IMG/VR virus record: IMGVR_UViG_3300009428_000005
Reading direction: 5' to 3' (one strand)
Source: an uncultured virus (IMG/VR IMGVR_UViG_3300009428_000005)
Lineage: Duplodnaviria; Heunggongvirae; Uroviricota; Caudoviricetes
Length of the DNA stretch: 64,000 nt
Shown here: in pieces, positions 37,887-48,376 of the stretch
Layout: each line of letters starts with the position of its first letter
How positions within the stretch are numbered: the first letter of the stretch is position 1
Notes under the pieces: generated by a model
What the model saw: only the letters and a program-made list of their open reading frames with translations
Database searches by the model: none
What the model was told of the DNA's origin: nothing
Translations under genes and position numbers: made by a program

Positions 37887-39416
37887 ATGAATCTTATAGA
37901 CAAAGTATTATTAGAATGGTCATATAAGACCACTAAAGGATATCCTGACATTAATAGTCAAGAGGATATGGCTTTGTTTGAATCTATGTTTGGTTTTAAT
38001 CCCTTATTGAATGAAAACGTAGACCTAGTAAATTTTATTTCAAGTAATATAGACGGTTACGGTGATATAACAAGTAAAGGTAGTACTTCACTTACTTTAA
38101 CTTTTTCCGATATACCTTCAACAGGAGGACAATCTACAGATTTACGTAAGAGTGTGTTTGATGAAATAGAAAATTTAGCTAGAGAAGAAAACGAAATAAC
38201 TTCCTATAAATACAGTAATGCTGGTAATTCATCAGTTGGTTTCTGTACTATTACTTTTAGAGGTAAAGAGTATAAGATTTCTCTTAAAGGAACTCCTACT
38301 GCAGATAAAGCAGATACTGATATTAAGGAAGCATTAGTTTCTTTATTCTATGTAAGTGACATTACTACACCATTTACTAAAGATAATATAGAGTCAAGAG
38401 CAAATAACTTACTAAGTTTAACTAAGAATGGCATCCCAGGAGAGAGTTCTGAAGCAAGTGCTAAGGTAGCAAGTTATTTAGAAAGTATTGGTAGTTCTAA
38501 TGCGTATATTAAATTTATCAACCAACCACTCTCAAGTGCATTGACACTGAAAGAAGGATACCCAGGAGCTAATTTAATTAGAACAGGTTTATTCGACGAT
38601 ATCAGAAAGAAAGCAATTAATCTTACTAGCTTACCAGCAGACAAATGGTGCCCAGGAGACGTATATATTCAGACAGGTGAAGTAAGTGGTTTAGAAAGTA
38701 TACAATCCGTGGAAAATCTCAACGGCCTATTTAATGAAGAATGGAGCAGTACAAAAAGACCTTTAACAGCTATATCTCTTAAACAGCAAAATGCTCAAGG
38801 AGGAAAAGCTAAGGCACTACTCAGTGCATTTTCTAAAGTCAAAGATGACTACAACCTAACTAGTGACGAAATAGATTACGACATTGTTAAATACCAAAAA
38901 GGTATTAAAAGACTACGTAAGAAAGTAGAAGGTTTAGTAGGAGGTAATCCTAACATAATATATAATGTAGATACCGGTGAACTACCTTCCGAACCTACTT
39001 CTCAAATAAAAGACCCATCAAAATGGTTAAGAGGTAAGTATGCAGCTTTAAAGTCTATTGAATTTTTATTTAGGAAGTTTGCAGACAGTAAAGTAGATGA
39101 TGCAATAGTAGCAATAGCTGGTTTTGCAATGTCATTAACTGGAGTTAATCCTGCATTCTTTAAAGTAGAAGGCCAATCATCAGGAGGTAAAGCTAAGTTA
39201 TCTGTTTTCGCAAGAGGAGAGGTTATAGATTTATACGGTGATAACGAAGACAAGAAAGACCCTATAGAAGTACAAGATAGTACTACCTTTGGAGGATTAA
39301 AGTTGTTTTTTAAAATTACCCAAGGAGGTGTTCCATATTCGGTTGCTGTTAATGCAAGGAGTAATGGGAATACACAAGGTACTATTGAGATACAGAATAT
39401 CTCTAAGATAGATTAA
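37887..39416 (+). CDS. Putative PD-(D/E)XK restriction-endonuclease-like protein
   Basis: DIKE...DKWCPGDVYI...LTAISLKQ resembles the E...PD...(S/D/E)xK core. Confidence 0.5.
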   Translation: MNLIDKVLLEWSYKTTKGYPDINSQEDMALFESMFGFNPLLNENVDLVNFISSNIDGYGDITSKGSTSLTLTFSDIPSTGGQSTDLRKSVFDEIENLAREENEITSYKYSNAGNSSVGFCTITFRGKEYKISLKGTPTADKADTDIKEALVSLFYVSDITTPFTKDNIESRANNLLSLTKNGIPGESSEASAKVASYLESIGSSNAYIKFINQPLSSALTLKEGYPGANLIRTGLFDDIRKKAINLTSLPADKWCPGDVYIQTGEVSGLESIQSVENLNGLFNEEWSSTKRPLTAISLKQQNAQGGKAKALLSAFSKVKDDYNLTSDEIDYDIVKYQKGIKRLRKKVEGLVGGNPNIIYNVDTGELPSEPTSQIKDPSKWLRGKYAALKSIEFLFRKFADSKVDDAIVAIAGFAMSLTGVNPAFFKVEGQSSGGKAKLSVFARGEVIDLYGDNEDKKDPIEVQDSTTFGGLKLFFKITQGGVPYSVAVNARSNGNTQGTIEIQNISKID

Positions 39417-39426
39417 TAAACAAGTT

Positions 39427-41001
39427 ATGGCACAAGACATAAAAAAGATAATAGCACAAGAATATATTAAGTGTGCTAAAGATCCGGCGTACTTTATGAA
39501 AAAGTACTGTTATATACAACACCCTACTCGTGGTCGTATCTTATTCTCTCTATATCCTTTTCAGGAAAAAGTACTACATTTATTTAGAGACAATCAATAC
39601 CTTATTACTCTTAAATCAAGACAGTTAGGTATATCAACATTAGCTTCAGCATACTCCTTATGGTTAATGACATTTCATAAAGATAAGAATGTTTTAGCTT
39701 TAGCTACAACTCAAGCAACCGCACGTAACCTAGTTACTAAGGTTATCTTTATGTACGATCAACTACCTAAATGGCTTAGATTACCGGCATTAGAGAAAAA
39801 CAAACTATCTCTTAGATTAAAGAACGGCTCTAAAGTACAAGCAAAATCATCTAATGCAGATGCAGCAAGATCAGAAGCAGTATCATTACTATTAATTGAT
39901 GAAGCAGCCTTTGTAGATAACATTGATGAAACCTTTGCTGCTGCACAACAGACACTTGCTACCGGTGGGCAATGTATGGCCTTATCTACTCCTAACGGCA
40001 TAGGTAATTGGTTCCATCAGACATGGGAGAAAGCAGAATCAGGAGAGAATTCATTTGTACCTATTAGACTACCCTGGACAGTACATCCTGAAAGAAACGA
40101 GGAATGGAGAGAACAACAGACTAAAGACTTAGGTCCTCGTATGGCAGGACAAGAATGTGACTGTGACTTCTTAGCTTCTGGTGAAACAGTATTTGAGCCA
40201 GATGATATGCTATTCATAGAACAGACTACTTTATCTGAACCAATGGAAAGAAGAGGAGCAGACGGTAACCTATGGGTTTGGGAGGCAGCTGATTACGGTA
40301 AATCGTATATGGTTGTAGCAGATGTAGCTCGAGGAGATGGACAGGATTATTCTGCATTTCATATATTTGATGTAGAAAATTGCGTACAGGTAGCAGAATA
40401 TAAAGGTAAACTATCACCTAAAGATTTCGGTAATGTACTAGTAGGAATAGCATCAGAATATAATGATGCACTATTAGTTATAGAGAATGCTAATATTGGG
40501 TGGGCTACTATAGAACAAGCACTAGAACGTCAATATAAGAACCTCTACTACAGTACTACTTCTAATATGGAGACAGTTGAATCTTATATGTCTAAGTATG
40601 AGAGAGATAAGCTAGTACCTGGCTTTACAATGTCTGTTCGTACTAGACCTCTTGTTATTGCTAAAGCAATAGAATATATAAGAGATAAATCAGCAACAAT
40701 ACAATCTAAACGTTTACTCGGAGAAATGAGAGTATTTGTTTGGAAGAACGGAAAACCTCAAGCACAAACAAGATATAATGATGATTTAGTTATTGCTTTC
40801 GCAACCGCACTCTACGTTAGAGATACTGCATTAAAGTTGAGACAACAAGGAATGGATCTAGCACGAGCATCCCTCTCTTCTTTTACTAATTTAAATTCAA
40901 AAAACAAAGCTATTATACAAAATGTTGGTAGTCAGCTAGATAATCCTTATCTTATGGATACTAACAACGGCGAGAAAGAAGATTTACGCTGGTTATTTTA
41001 G
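39427..41001 (+). CDS. gp17: Terminase large subunit (T4 gp17-like)
   Basis: LYPFQ, KSRQLGIST (Walker A), LLLIDEAAF (Walker B), STPNG, ADVARGDGQDYS, NDDLVIA. Confidence 0.95.
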   Translation: MAQDIKKIIAQEYIKCAKDPAYFMKKYCYIQHPTRGRILFSLYPFQEKVLHLFRDNQYLITLKSRQLGISTLASAYSLWLMTFHKDKNVLALATTQATARNLVTKVIFMYDQLPKWLRLPALEKNKLSLRLKNGSKVQAKSSNADAARSEAVSLLLIDEAAFVDNIDETFAAAQQTLATGGQCMALSTPNGIGNWFHQTWEKAESGENSFVPIRLPWTVHPERNEEWREQQTKDLGPRMAGQECDCDFLASGETVFEPDDMLFIEQTTLSEPMERRGADGNLWVWEAADYGKSYMVVADVARGDGQDYSAFHIFDVENCVQVAEYKGKLSPKDFGNVLVGIASEYNDALLVIENANIGWATIEQALERQYKNLYYSTTSNMETVESYMSKYERDKLVPGFTMSVRTRPLVIAKAIEYIRDKSATIQSKRLLGEMRVFVWKNGKPQAQTRYNDDLVIAFATALYVRDTALKLRQQGMDLARASLSSFTNLNSKNKAIIQNVGSQLDNPYLMDTNNGEKEDLRWLF

Positions 41002-41007
41002 TTTAAC

Positions 41008-41015
41008 TATTTATA
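41008..41015 (+). promoter_or_regulatory. Putative late promoter TATTTATA
   Basis: Between terminase and portal. Confidence 0.7.
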
Positions 41016-41033
41016 TAATACAAACACATTAAT

Positions 41034-42929
41034 ATGGCGAACCGCTCATTATTTAGTAGACTGTCAAGATTATTTTCATCCGATGTAATAGTAAGAAATA
41101 TCGGAGGGGATCAATTAAAGATAGTTGATACTAACAATATACAGAGTACTGGTAAATACCAGACTAACTCACTGATGGACAAATTTAGCCGTCTTTATAT
41201 ATACAACAATAAAAATATATTTAACCCTAATGTAAATTATCAGACATTAAGGATTCAACTCTATTCTGATTATGAGGCAATGGATACTGATCCTATCATA
41301 GCATCAGCTTTAGATATTCTAGCAGATGAAGCTACTGTAAAGAGTGATAAGAATGAAGTACTAGGAATTAAATCATCAGATGAGAATATACAAAGAGTAC
41401 TATATAATTTATTCTACGATGTACTTAACATAGAATTTAACTTATGGAGCTGGACACGTAATATGTGTAAGCACGGTGACTTTTTCTTAAAGTTAGAGAT
41501 AGCAGAGAAATTTGGTGTTTATAATGTTATTCCTTATACCGTATATAATATGGTAAGATTTGAAGGATTAGATCCTGAAAAACCTCAAGGTGTAACTTTT
41601 CAATTAGATCCTGATGGATTAGCTTCTTCTCAAGATCCTAATTATATACCTAAAAGAGATGCTAAAACAATACAATTTGATAACTACGAAATAGCACATT
41701 TTAGATTACTATCAGATACTAACTACCTACCTTACGGCCGTTCTTACTTAGAACCAGCAAGAAAGATATATAAACAAGTTACTCTTATGGAGGATGCGAT
41801 GTTAATACACCGTATAATGAGAGCTCCTGAGAAAAGAATGTTCTACGTTAATGTAGGTAATATACCTCCTAATGAAGTAGAGAACTTTATGCAGAAGACT
41901 ATTACACAGATGAAAAAGACTCCTTATGTAGGATCTGATGGTCAATATAACTTAAAGTTCAATATGCAGAATATGATGGAAGATTTCTATCTACCTGTTA
42001 GAGGAGGAGATACTTCTACTCGTATTGAGACTACTAAAGGATTAGAGTACGATGGAACAAACGATGTACAGTACTTACAAGCTAAGTTATTTGCTGCATT
42101 AAAGATACCTAAGGCATACTTTGGATATGAAGGTGATTTAAGCGGGAAAGCTACTCTAGCAGCAGAAGATATTAGATTTGCTCGTACAGTAGAGAGAATA
42201 CAAAGAATTATAGAATCAGAGTTAACTAAGATAGCTTTAGTACATTTATATACTCAAGGATTTACAGGTGAGAGTTTAACTAACTTTGAATTAAAGTTAA
42301 CTACTCCATCTATTATATTTGAACAAGAGAAAATAGCTCTATTAAAAGAGAAGGTAGATCTTGCAAACCAAATGAAAGACACTAAACTATTCTCTTCAGA
42401 CTACATATATGAAAATATATTCGATCTATCAGAAGATGCTTACATGGAAATGAGAGACTTAGTTAGAGAAGATAGTAAACGACTATTCAGAATAGCACAG
42501 ATAGAAGGTGAAGGAAACGATCCTGCTAAATCAGGTACTTCTTACGGTACACCACATGATCTTGCTTCTATGTACGGTAGACGTTCTACTTCAACACCGA
42601 AAGGCGGAGGACCAGATGATTTACCTCCTGGATATTCCGAAGTAGAAGAAACACCTGAATGGGGACAACCAGGCCCAGAAGGAGGAAGACCAACTGAGAA
42701 GGCATCTATATACGGTACTAATAAAGGCTTAGGAGGACGTGATCCTCTAGGGACACATGGCATGCATGGAGGCTTTCCTTCAGACAATGACAATGTTATG
42801 GAAGGCCTAACAACTAAAACAGTTTACCATAAAAATAAAGATATGCTCAAAGATATTGTCTTTAAGAAAGATACGGTGAAAGAATCAGAAATGTTAAAAG
42901 AGGATAACATTAGAGATTTAGGAAACTAA
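41034..42929 (+). CDS. gp20: Portal protein (T4 gp20-like)
   Basis: MEDAMLIHRIMRAPEKRMFYVNVGNIP, MMEDFYLPVRGG, LFAALKIP. Confidence 0.95.
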   Translation: MANRSLFSRLSRLFSSDVIVRNIGGDQLKIVDTNNIQSTGKYQTNSLMDKFSRLYIYNNKNIFNPNVNYQTLRIQLYSDYEAMDTDPIIASALDILADEATVKSDKNEVLGIKSSDENIQRVLYNLFYDVLNIEFNLWSWTRNMCKHGDFFLKLEIAEKFGVYNVIPYTVYNMVRFEGLDPEKPQGVTFQLDPDGLASSQDPNYIPKRDAKTIQFDNYEIAHFRLLSDTNYLPYGRSYLEPARKIYKQVTLMEDAMLIHRIMRAPEKRMFYVNVGNIPPNEVENFMQKTITQMKKTPYVGSDGQYNLKFNMQNMMEDFYLPVRGGDTSTRIETTKGLEYDGTNDVQYLQAKLFAALKIPKAYFGYEGDLSGKATLAAEDIRFARTVERIQRIIESELTKIALVHLYTQGFTGESLTNFELKLTTPSIIFEQEKIALLKEKVDLANQMKDTKLFSSDYIYENIFDLSEDAYMEMRDLVREDSKRLFRIAQIEGEGNDPAKSGTSYGTPHDLASMYGRRSTSTPKGGGPDDLPPGYSEVEETPEWGQPGPEGGRPTEKASIYGTNKGLGGRDPLGTHGMHGGFPSDNDNVMEGLTTKTVYHKNKDMLKDIVFKKDTVKESEMLKEDNIRDLGN

Positions 42930-42933
42930 CCCA

Positions 42934-42941
42934 TATTTATA
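42934..42941 (+). promoter_or_regulatory. Putative late promoter TATTTATA
   Basis: Intergenic octamer. Confidence 0.7.
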
Positions 42942-42957
42942 ATAGTAAACGTGTAGA

Positions 42958-43812
42958 ATGAAAATAAAACACTCAAAATTACGTAATACTGGTCTTATCT
43001 TCGAATTGTTAGTAAAGCAGATAGCTGCTGATACACTTAACAATAAGGATAGTAAGGCTGTAGGTATACTAAAGAACCACTTCGGAGGAAGAACATCGCT
43101 AGTAAGAGAATTCAAATTATATGAATTTATATTAAAGAATAGAGGAGTAGACAGGCACAAAGCTGAAACTATACTTTCTACTATAACTGAGGTATCTCGA
43201 AAACTAGATCAGTCGCAACTTAAAAAACAGAAGTATGCTCTTGTAGCTGAAATAAAGAAATCGTATAATATAGATGATTTTTTTGCTATTCAAGTTAGAG
43301 ACTATAAAGCACTTGCTTCCCTTTACTGTTTACTAGAAGGACAGAATGCTAAAACAATAGTATCTCCTTCAGATTTAGTAAATAATAAAACTACAATTTT
43401 AGAACACCTTACTTCCACTATACAGGATAAAGATGATGTTAAAGAAAGTTTAATCGAGGAGTATTCTAAATACGACAAAGATTTAAGATTATTAACATTT
43501 AAAATACTATTAGAAAAATTCAACGATAACTATAAAGAACTCCTTCCTGAACAGAAGAATATATTAAAACTCTTTATTACATCAGTTGAATCTACTTCTG
43601 CTTTACGTAAAATAGTTAATGAGGAACTTATTAAGATTAGCGATATAATCAATAAGTACGGAGCTAAAATTAAAGACGAAGTAGTAAAGATTAAATTAGA
43701 TGAAATTTCTAAATCTATCAAACCAGTAAGTGCTAAAGAGAAAATTAAAGATAGTCATTTAGTTAATCTTATGCAATATTATGATTTAGTTAATGAACTA
43801 AAAACATTCTAA
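42958..43812 (+). CDS. Head-module protein (probable prohead core component)
   Basis: Between portal and protease; helical. Confidence 0.6.
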   Translation: MKIKHSKLRNTGLIFELLVKQIAADTLNNKDSKAVGILKNHFGGRTSLVREFKLYEFILKNRGVDRHKAETILSTITEVSRKLDQSQLKKQKYALVAEIKKSYNIDDFFAIQVRDYKALASLYCLLEGQNAKTIVSPSDLVNNKTTILEHLTSTIQDKDDVKESLIEEYSKYDKDLRLLTFKILLEKFNDNYKELLPEQKNILKLFITSVESTSALRKIVNEELIKISDIINKYGAKIKDEVVKIKLDEISKSIKPVSAKEKIKDSHLVNLMQYYDLVNELKTF

Positions 43813-43813
43813 T

Positions 43814-44047
43814 ATGAAAAGATCTATTCTAATACAATTAGTAAGAGAAGTATTAACAGAAACTAGTACCACAAATACGGGAGGAGCTACAATGAAAGCA
43901 GGTCAAGGATCTGCTAAAGGACATGTAGGAGCATTCGGTACAGATGAAACAAAAAATAAAGCAACTAAATCATCAAAGAAAGACGGTTTAAAAGTAGTTA
44001 AGAGACCTAAAAGGCCCACAAGCACTAAACTTATAGATTATATATAA
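43814..44047 (+). CDS. Small head-module protein with LIQLVREVLTE leader and basic tail
   Basis: 77 aa. Confidence 0.7.
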   Translation: MKRSILIQLVREVLTETSTTNTGGATMKAGQGSAKGHVGAFGTDETKNKATKSSKKDGLKVVKRPKRPTSTKLIDYI

Positions 44048-45733
44048 ATGAGAACAGTAACAACAACAGAAAAATATAGAGCTGTAAACGAAGGAGCAAT
44101 GTCTCCTAAAGAATTTGTAAGACAAATGCGTTTAACTCACCCACAACATATCAGTCAATTTAATGGCTACGACGATACTGTTCAAATATTAAAGAATAGA
44201 GGTCTATTATTTGAAACTTCAACTGTCAAAGTAGAAGCTAAGAAAGCTAAGGTAGAAGTACTTGCAGAAGAGAATTATAGCAAAAAGGGAGAACAACCTA
44301 TTAACTACTCTTTAGATACTTTAGATAGAGGAATAAGAGTAGAATTAGAAACTGCAGGTGTAAATCTTCCTGTAGATCATATCACAGAAGATGACTATAA
44401 TGCAGCATATAAAAAAGCTAAAGCTAATTTAGACAAAAATTGTAATCACTACCTAGATCTAATATCAGGAAATTCCGATAAAGTAGACAAACATGATAAA
44501 GCAGTAGAAGTTACTACTAACAATCACGTTGATACTTTTAACGGACTTAAAAAAGCAACCTTAAAAGAAGGGTTTGGAGATGGAATAGATGTTACTGCTC
44601 ATATAGCAGATGATGAATCAGACAACGGAGTACCTAAGGATTTAAAATTAGAAAAGAAAAGACTTCCAAGAGGATTAAAACTAGTTAAAGAAAACTTGGA
44701 GAACATTATTAAACACATAAAAGACCATTATAAAGACGTATTTCCTGGTAATGAATTAAATGATATAATTCAAGAGTTTATTAAAATGCATCATAGTGAC
44801 TTAGCTAGAGGAGAAGATCCATTAGAGGAGTTTAATCAATTCATTGATGCTAATTACCAAATGAAAATACAAGAAAAGCAATCCACTATGGATACTGACT
44901 CAGACTCTACCACTCTAACACATGATTGTGCATCTCACGTACTTCATGAAAAGCTAGGACCCGGTATATGTCTACATGGACGTCATACTTTAGTAGAAAC
45001 AGCACCTGGAAAGGGAGAAGTTACTCATTATGATGTATTCTTTAAGAACAGTAATAAGATTGTTAAGAACCTTTCTGTTAATGAGCTGAACGTTGTATCA
45101 ATGGAAGAGCATCACCACAAAAACGAATCTGAAGAAGTAGCAGAAAAGAAAGGTAAAGATCACGACGGAGATGGAGACATCGATGGAGATGATTATATGC
45201 ATGCTAAAGATAAAGCTATTAAAAAAGCAATGGGTAAAGATGAGCAACTTAAAGAAGCTATTAAATCCATTATCAAGAAAACACTTATTAACGAAGCTGC
45301 TACAGCCAAACTATCAGACTGGGGAAAAGGCTACGATAATTTTCCAGGCGTTAAACCAGTAGTTAATGAATTAGAAAATATTGTAACAGAAATAGAGCAA
45401 TTTCATGATAAGATGGCAGAAAAAATTGCAGGTGCATTTGCTAAAACATCTGAATTTAGAAACGAAGAAGGTTTAAAGATAGGTGCATTTATTTCTCCAT
45501 CCTTAGAAGCTGCCTTTAAGCAGGATTTAAGACCGGTAATAAAAGGAGGATACACTTCTAAAGTATCTCTACCTAAAGTTAGAACAATCTCTAAAGCAGA
45601 AATTGATGCTCAACAAATGCAAGAAGCTCCTATAGAAGAAAAAGAATCTTTATTTGCTCCAACTGTAAACGGAACATTAAGAGAAAACAACACTAATTTC
45701 GACCTTAGAAAATTCTTAAAGGAAAATAAATAG
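44048..45733 (+). CDS. Probable prohead core/internal protein, modular
   Basis: Position before the protease; EF-hand-like DHDGDGDIDGDD; His-rich module; many L/I-x-E sites. Confidence 0.6.
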   Translation: MRTVTTTEKYRAVNEGAMSPKEFVRQMRLTHPQHISQFNGYDDTVQILKNRGLLFETSTVKVEAKKAKVEVLAEENYSKKGEQPINYSLDTLDRGIRVELETAGVNLPVDHITEDDYNAAYKKAKANLDKNCNHYLDLISGNSDKVDKHDKAVEVTTNNHVDTFNGLKKATLKEGFGDGIDVTAHIADDESDNGVPKDLKLEKKRLPRGLKLVKENLENIIKHIKDHYKDVFPGNELNDIIQEFIKMHHSDLARGEDPLEEFNQFIDANYQMKIQEKQSTMDTDSDSTTLTHDCASHVLHEKLGPGICLHGRHTLVETAPGKGEVTHYDVFFKNSNKIVKNLSVNELNVVSMEEHHHKNESEEVAEKKGKDHDGDGDIDGDDYMHAKDKAIKKAMGKDEQLKEAIKSIIKKTLINEAATAKLSDWGKGYDNFPGVKPVVNELENIVTEIEQFHDKMAEKIAGAFAKTSEFRNEEGLKIGAFISPSLEAAFKQDLRPVIKGGYTSKVSLPKVRTISKAEIDAQQMQEAPIEEKESLFAPTVNGTLRENNTNFDLRKFLKENK

Positions 45734-45739
45734 AACCAC

Positions 45740-46318
45740 ATGACACAATTACTAGTAGATGTTACGCCATTTAAGTCCGTACTAAAAGAAGCGAAAGGGA
45801 GACCTGGAGTTTATGAAGTAGAGGGTGTTATGCAAAGAGCTAAAGCAGAAAATCAAAACGGTAGAGTTTACAAAAAAGAGATTCTCATGAGAGAAGCTAA
45901 GAAGTATGTAGATGAATTCGTTAAAAGAGGAAATGCTTTTGGAGAACTAGATCACCCAGAATCTCCAATCGTATCTTTAAAAAATGCTTCCCACGTAGTT
46001 AAAGACTTATGGTGGAAAGGAGATGATCTTATGGGTAAAGTAGAACTACTTAATACTCCATCAGGTAATATTGTTAAGGAGATTATAAAAGCAGGTCATA
46101 CTATTGGTATCTCTTCTAGAGGAACAGGCTCAGTTAATCAAACTAATGAAGGACATTTAGAAGTACAACCAGACTTTGAATTAGTATGTTGGGACTTTGT
46201 ATCTAATCCTTCTACTCATGGAGCATTTATGAATCCTATAACACTACAAGAAGGTAAATCTCAAGTATCTCCTTACTTAAATCTAGATTCAATACTCAAC
46301 GATATACTAAGAGCGTAA
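45740..46318 (+). CDS. gp21: Prohead maturation protease (T4 gp21-like)
   Basis: NQNGRVY, AFGELDHP, SHVV, GISSRGTGS, DFVSNPS. Confidence 0.95.
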   Translation: MTQLLVDVTPFKSVLKEAKGRPGVYEVEGVMQRAKAENQNGRVYKKEILMREAKKYVDEFVKRGNAFGELDHPESPIVSLKNASHVVKDLWWKGDDLMGKVELLNTPSGNIVKEIIKAGHTIGISSRGTGSVNQTNEGHLEVQPDFELVCWDFVSNPSTHGAFMNPITLQEGKSQVSPYLNLDSILNDILRA

Positions 46319-46418
46319 TTTAGTGGAACTTACTCCTTACTTACAGGGACTATTCTATTTAGTATGTCTGTTAATATGCTGGCAACTATATAAAATTAAT
46401 AATAAATAATAGGTCTTA

Positions 46419-47153
46419 ATGTCAAATCTTTTTATATACGGTTGCAGCCATAGTGCTCATAACCATTTAGAAGACTATGTTAATAAGATCACAGACACCC
46501 CACAGGACTATAGTAACCCTTGGTTCCCTACAGATATTGATGTTGATAACCCTGGAGTAGCTGCATCTTGGTATAATAGGATTTATAACGAACTCAATTT
46601 TAATAAGTTTAAATGTTATGCACTGTCTGGTACAAGTAACAACCTTATATTGCAGCAGATATTAGCGACAGCTAATGAATGGGAATCTAGAGATACTATC
46701 ATTATACAAAGAACAGATGGTCTAAGACAATTAAATAGCGCAACCCTATTAAATAAAACTAATCCTAGAAAACTTAAAGAATATAAAGATAGATTTAATC
46801 ATCAGTTAATAACCATTCATACACAGGAAATACAGACTATGGTTAAAAGATCAGGTGATTCTCTTAACTCTGCAAATTGTTTCTTAGATTACCATGAAGA
46901 ATTTATAATTCCTTTTAAAAAAGACTTTGATTTATACTGGAATAATATCTTTTTAGACCTCATAAGAACCTTAAACAAAGCTAACCCACATACTAAAATA
47001 TACTACTGGGTAGATGGAATTAGAGATAAGTTTGAAACTATATGGGAAGCTAGCAAAGGTGAATATCCAGATGGACATTGGTCACCAAAAGGAAATAGAG
47101 ACTTTGCTGATTATGCAATAGATTGTATGAAAAATAATAAAATGTACTTTTAG
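46419..47153 (+). CDS. SGNH/GDSL-like hydrolase
   Basis: FIYGCSHS (block I), ALSGTSN (block II), DGHWSPKGNRDFA (DxH). Confidence 0.7.
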   Translation: MSNLFIYGCSHSAHNHLEDYVNKITDTPQDYSNPWFPTDIDVDNPGVAASWYNRIYNELNFNKFKCYALSGTSNNLILQQILATANEWESRDTIIIQRTDGLRQLNSATLLNKTNPRKLKEYKDRFNHQLITIHTQEIQTMVKRSGDSLNSANCFLDYHEEFIIPFKKDFDLYWNNIFLDLIRTLNKANPHTKIYYWVDGIRDKFETIWEASKGEYPDGHWSPKGNRDFADYAIDCMKNNKMYF

Positions 47154-47176
47154 TACTTGTTTTTATAAACCGTATA

Positions 47177-47253
47177 TATTTATATAAAGAATATGCAATC
47201 CTTATATTGCATCAATATACAATAATTTCATATTACGATTCTAAATAATCGTA
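47177..47253 (+). promoter_or_regulatory. Late promoter plus two-hairpin 5' leader of the scaffold/capsid mRNA
   Basis: TATTTATA 47177-47184; hairpins ATGCAAT-N6-ATTGCAT (47193-47212) and TACGATT-N6-AATCGTA (47234-47253). Confidence 0.65.
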
Positions 47254-47275
47254 GAAACCCACAAATTTTTTAAAA

Positions 47276-48355
47276 ATGGCAAACAAAGATTTATTCAAGC
47301 AAGCTATTGCTGAAGCTAAGTCTGTACGTGAAGCCGCTATTGCTAACGCTAAGGAAGCTTTAGAAGAGTCATTGACTCCTCATTTAAAAGACATGTTAGC
47401 TGCTAAACTTCAAGAGATGGAAGATTCATCGACTGAAGAAGAAGTAGTAAACGAAGTCGAAGAGGAAGTTGAAGAAGCTCATCATAAAGACGACAAAGAC
47501 GAAGCACATGCTAAAGACGACACAGATGAAGGTTTAGTAGAAGTTGACGAAGCCGAGGATGACGCAGAAGAAACTGCTGACGACGCTGAAGAAATTACAG
47601 ACGACGAAATCGACGCTGAGGCTCACGATGATGAGGCTCACGAAGAAGAAGTTGATGGAGATGCAGATTTATCTGACCTCTCTGTTGACCAATTTAAGGA
47701 CATGATTAGAGACATTATCTCACAAGAAGTTGGAGCTGGAGAAGCTGGCGACGATCTTGGAGCTGAATTAGACGCTGGAGATATTGAAGGACTTGGTGAT
47801 GAACCAGACACTGAAATTGACGCAATGGATGATTTAGAAGGAGATGCTGACGAGATTGACCTTGATGAATTACTTAAAGAACTTGACTCATTATCAGAAG
47901 CTCCTAAAGAGGACGAAGATATGGATGAAGCTCCTAAAAAGGATAAAGAGGAAGACACAATGGAAGAAGTAGCAGATACTAAAACCAAAAATGTTAACCA
48001 TACTTTAAAAGAAGCTTTAGAAACTATCGAAACTCTTAAATCAGAACTTAACGAAGTTAATATTCTTAACGCAAAATTACTTTACGTTAATAAGATCTTT
48101 AAGGCAAACGATTTATCTGAGTCTCAAAAAGTAAACGTTATTGCTGCTTTTGATAAAGCAGAAACAGTTAAAGAAGTAAAATTAGTCTTCGAAACTGTAA
48201 GTGAAAACGTTATAGTAAAAAGTAAAAAGGCTAGCATTAAAGAATCATTCGGAAGCGCTTCAAAAACTACTGGAAGTACTAAACAAAGTACTGAAGTAAT
48301 TAATGAGGTATCTGATGCAGTTCGTAGAATGCAGAAATTAGCCGGTATAATTTAA
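47276..48355 (+). CDS. Prohead scaffolding protein (gp22-like)
   Basis: Very acidic coiled coil directly before the capsid gene; ends RMQKLAGII. Confidence 0.8.
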   Translation: MANKDLFKQAIAEAKSVREAAIANAKEALEESLTPHLKDMLAAKLQEMEDSSTEEEVVNEVEEEVEEAHHKDDKDEAHAKDDTDEGLVEVDEAEDDAEETADDAEEITDDEIDAEAHDDEAHEEEVDGDADLSDLSVDQFKDMIRDIISQEVGAGEAGDDLGAELDAGDIEGLGDEPDTEIDAMDDLEGDADEIDLDELLKELDSLSEAPKEDEDMDEAPKKDKEEDTMEEVADTKTKNVNHTLKEALETIETLKSELNEVNILNAKLLYVNKIFKANDLSESQKVNVIAAFDKAETVKEVKLVFETVSENVIVKSKKASIKESFGSASKTTGSTKQSTEVINEVSDAVRRMQKLAGII

Positions 48356-48376
48356 TTTAAAAATTCATAAACAAAA

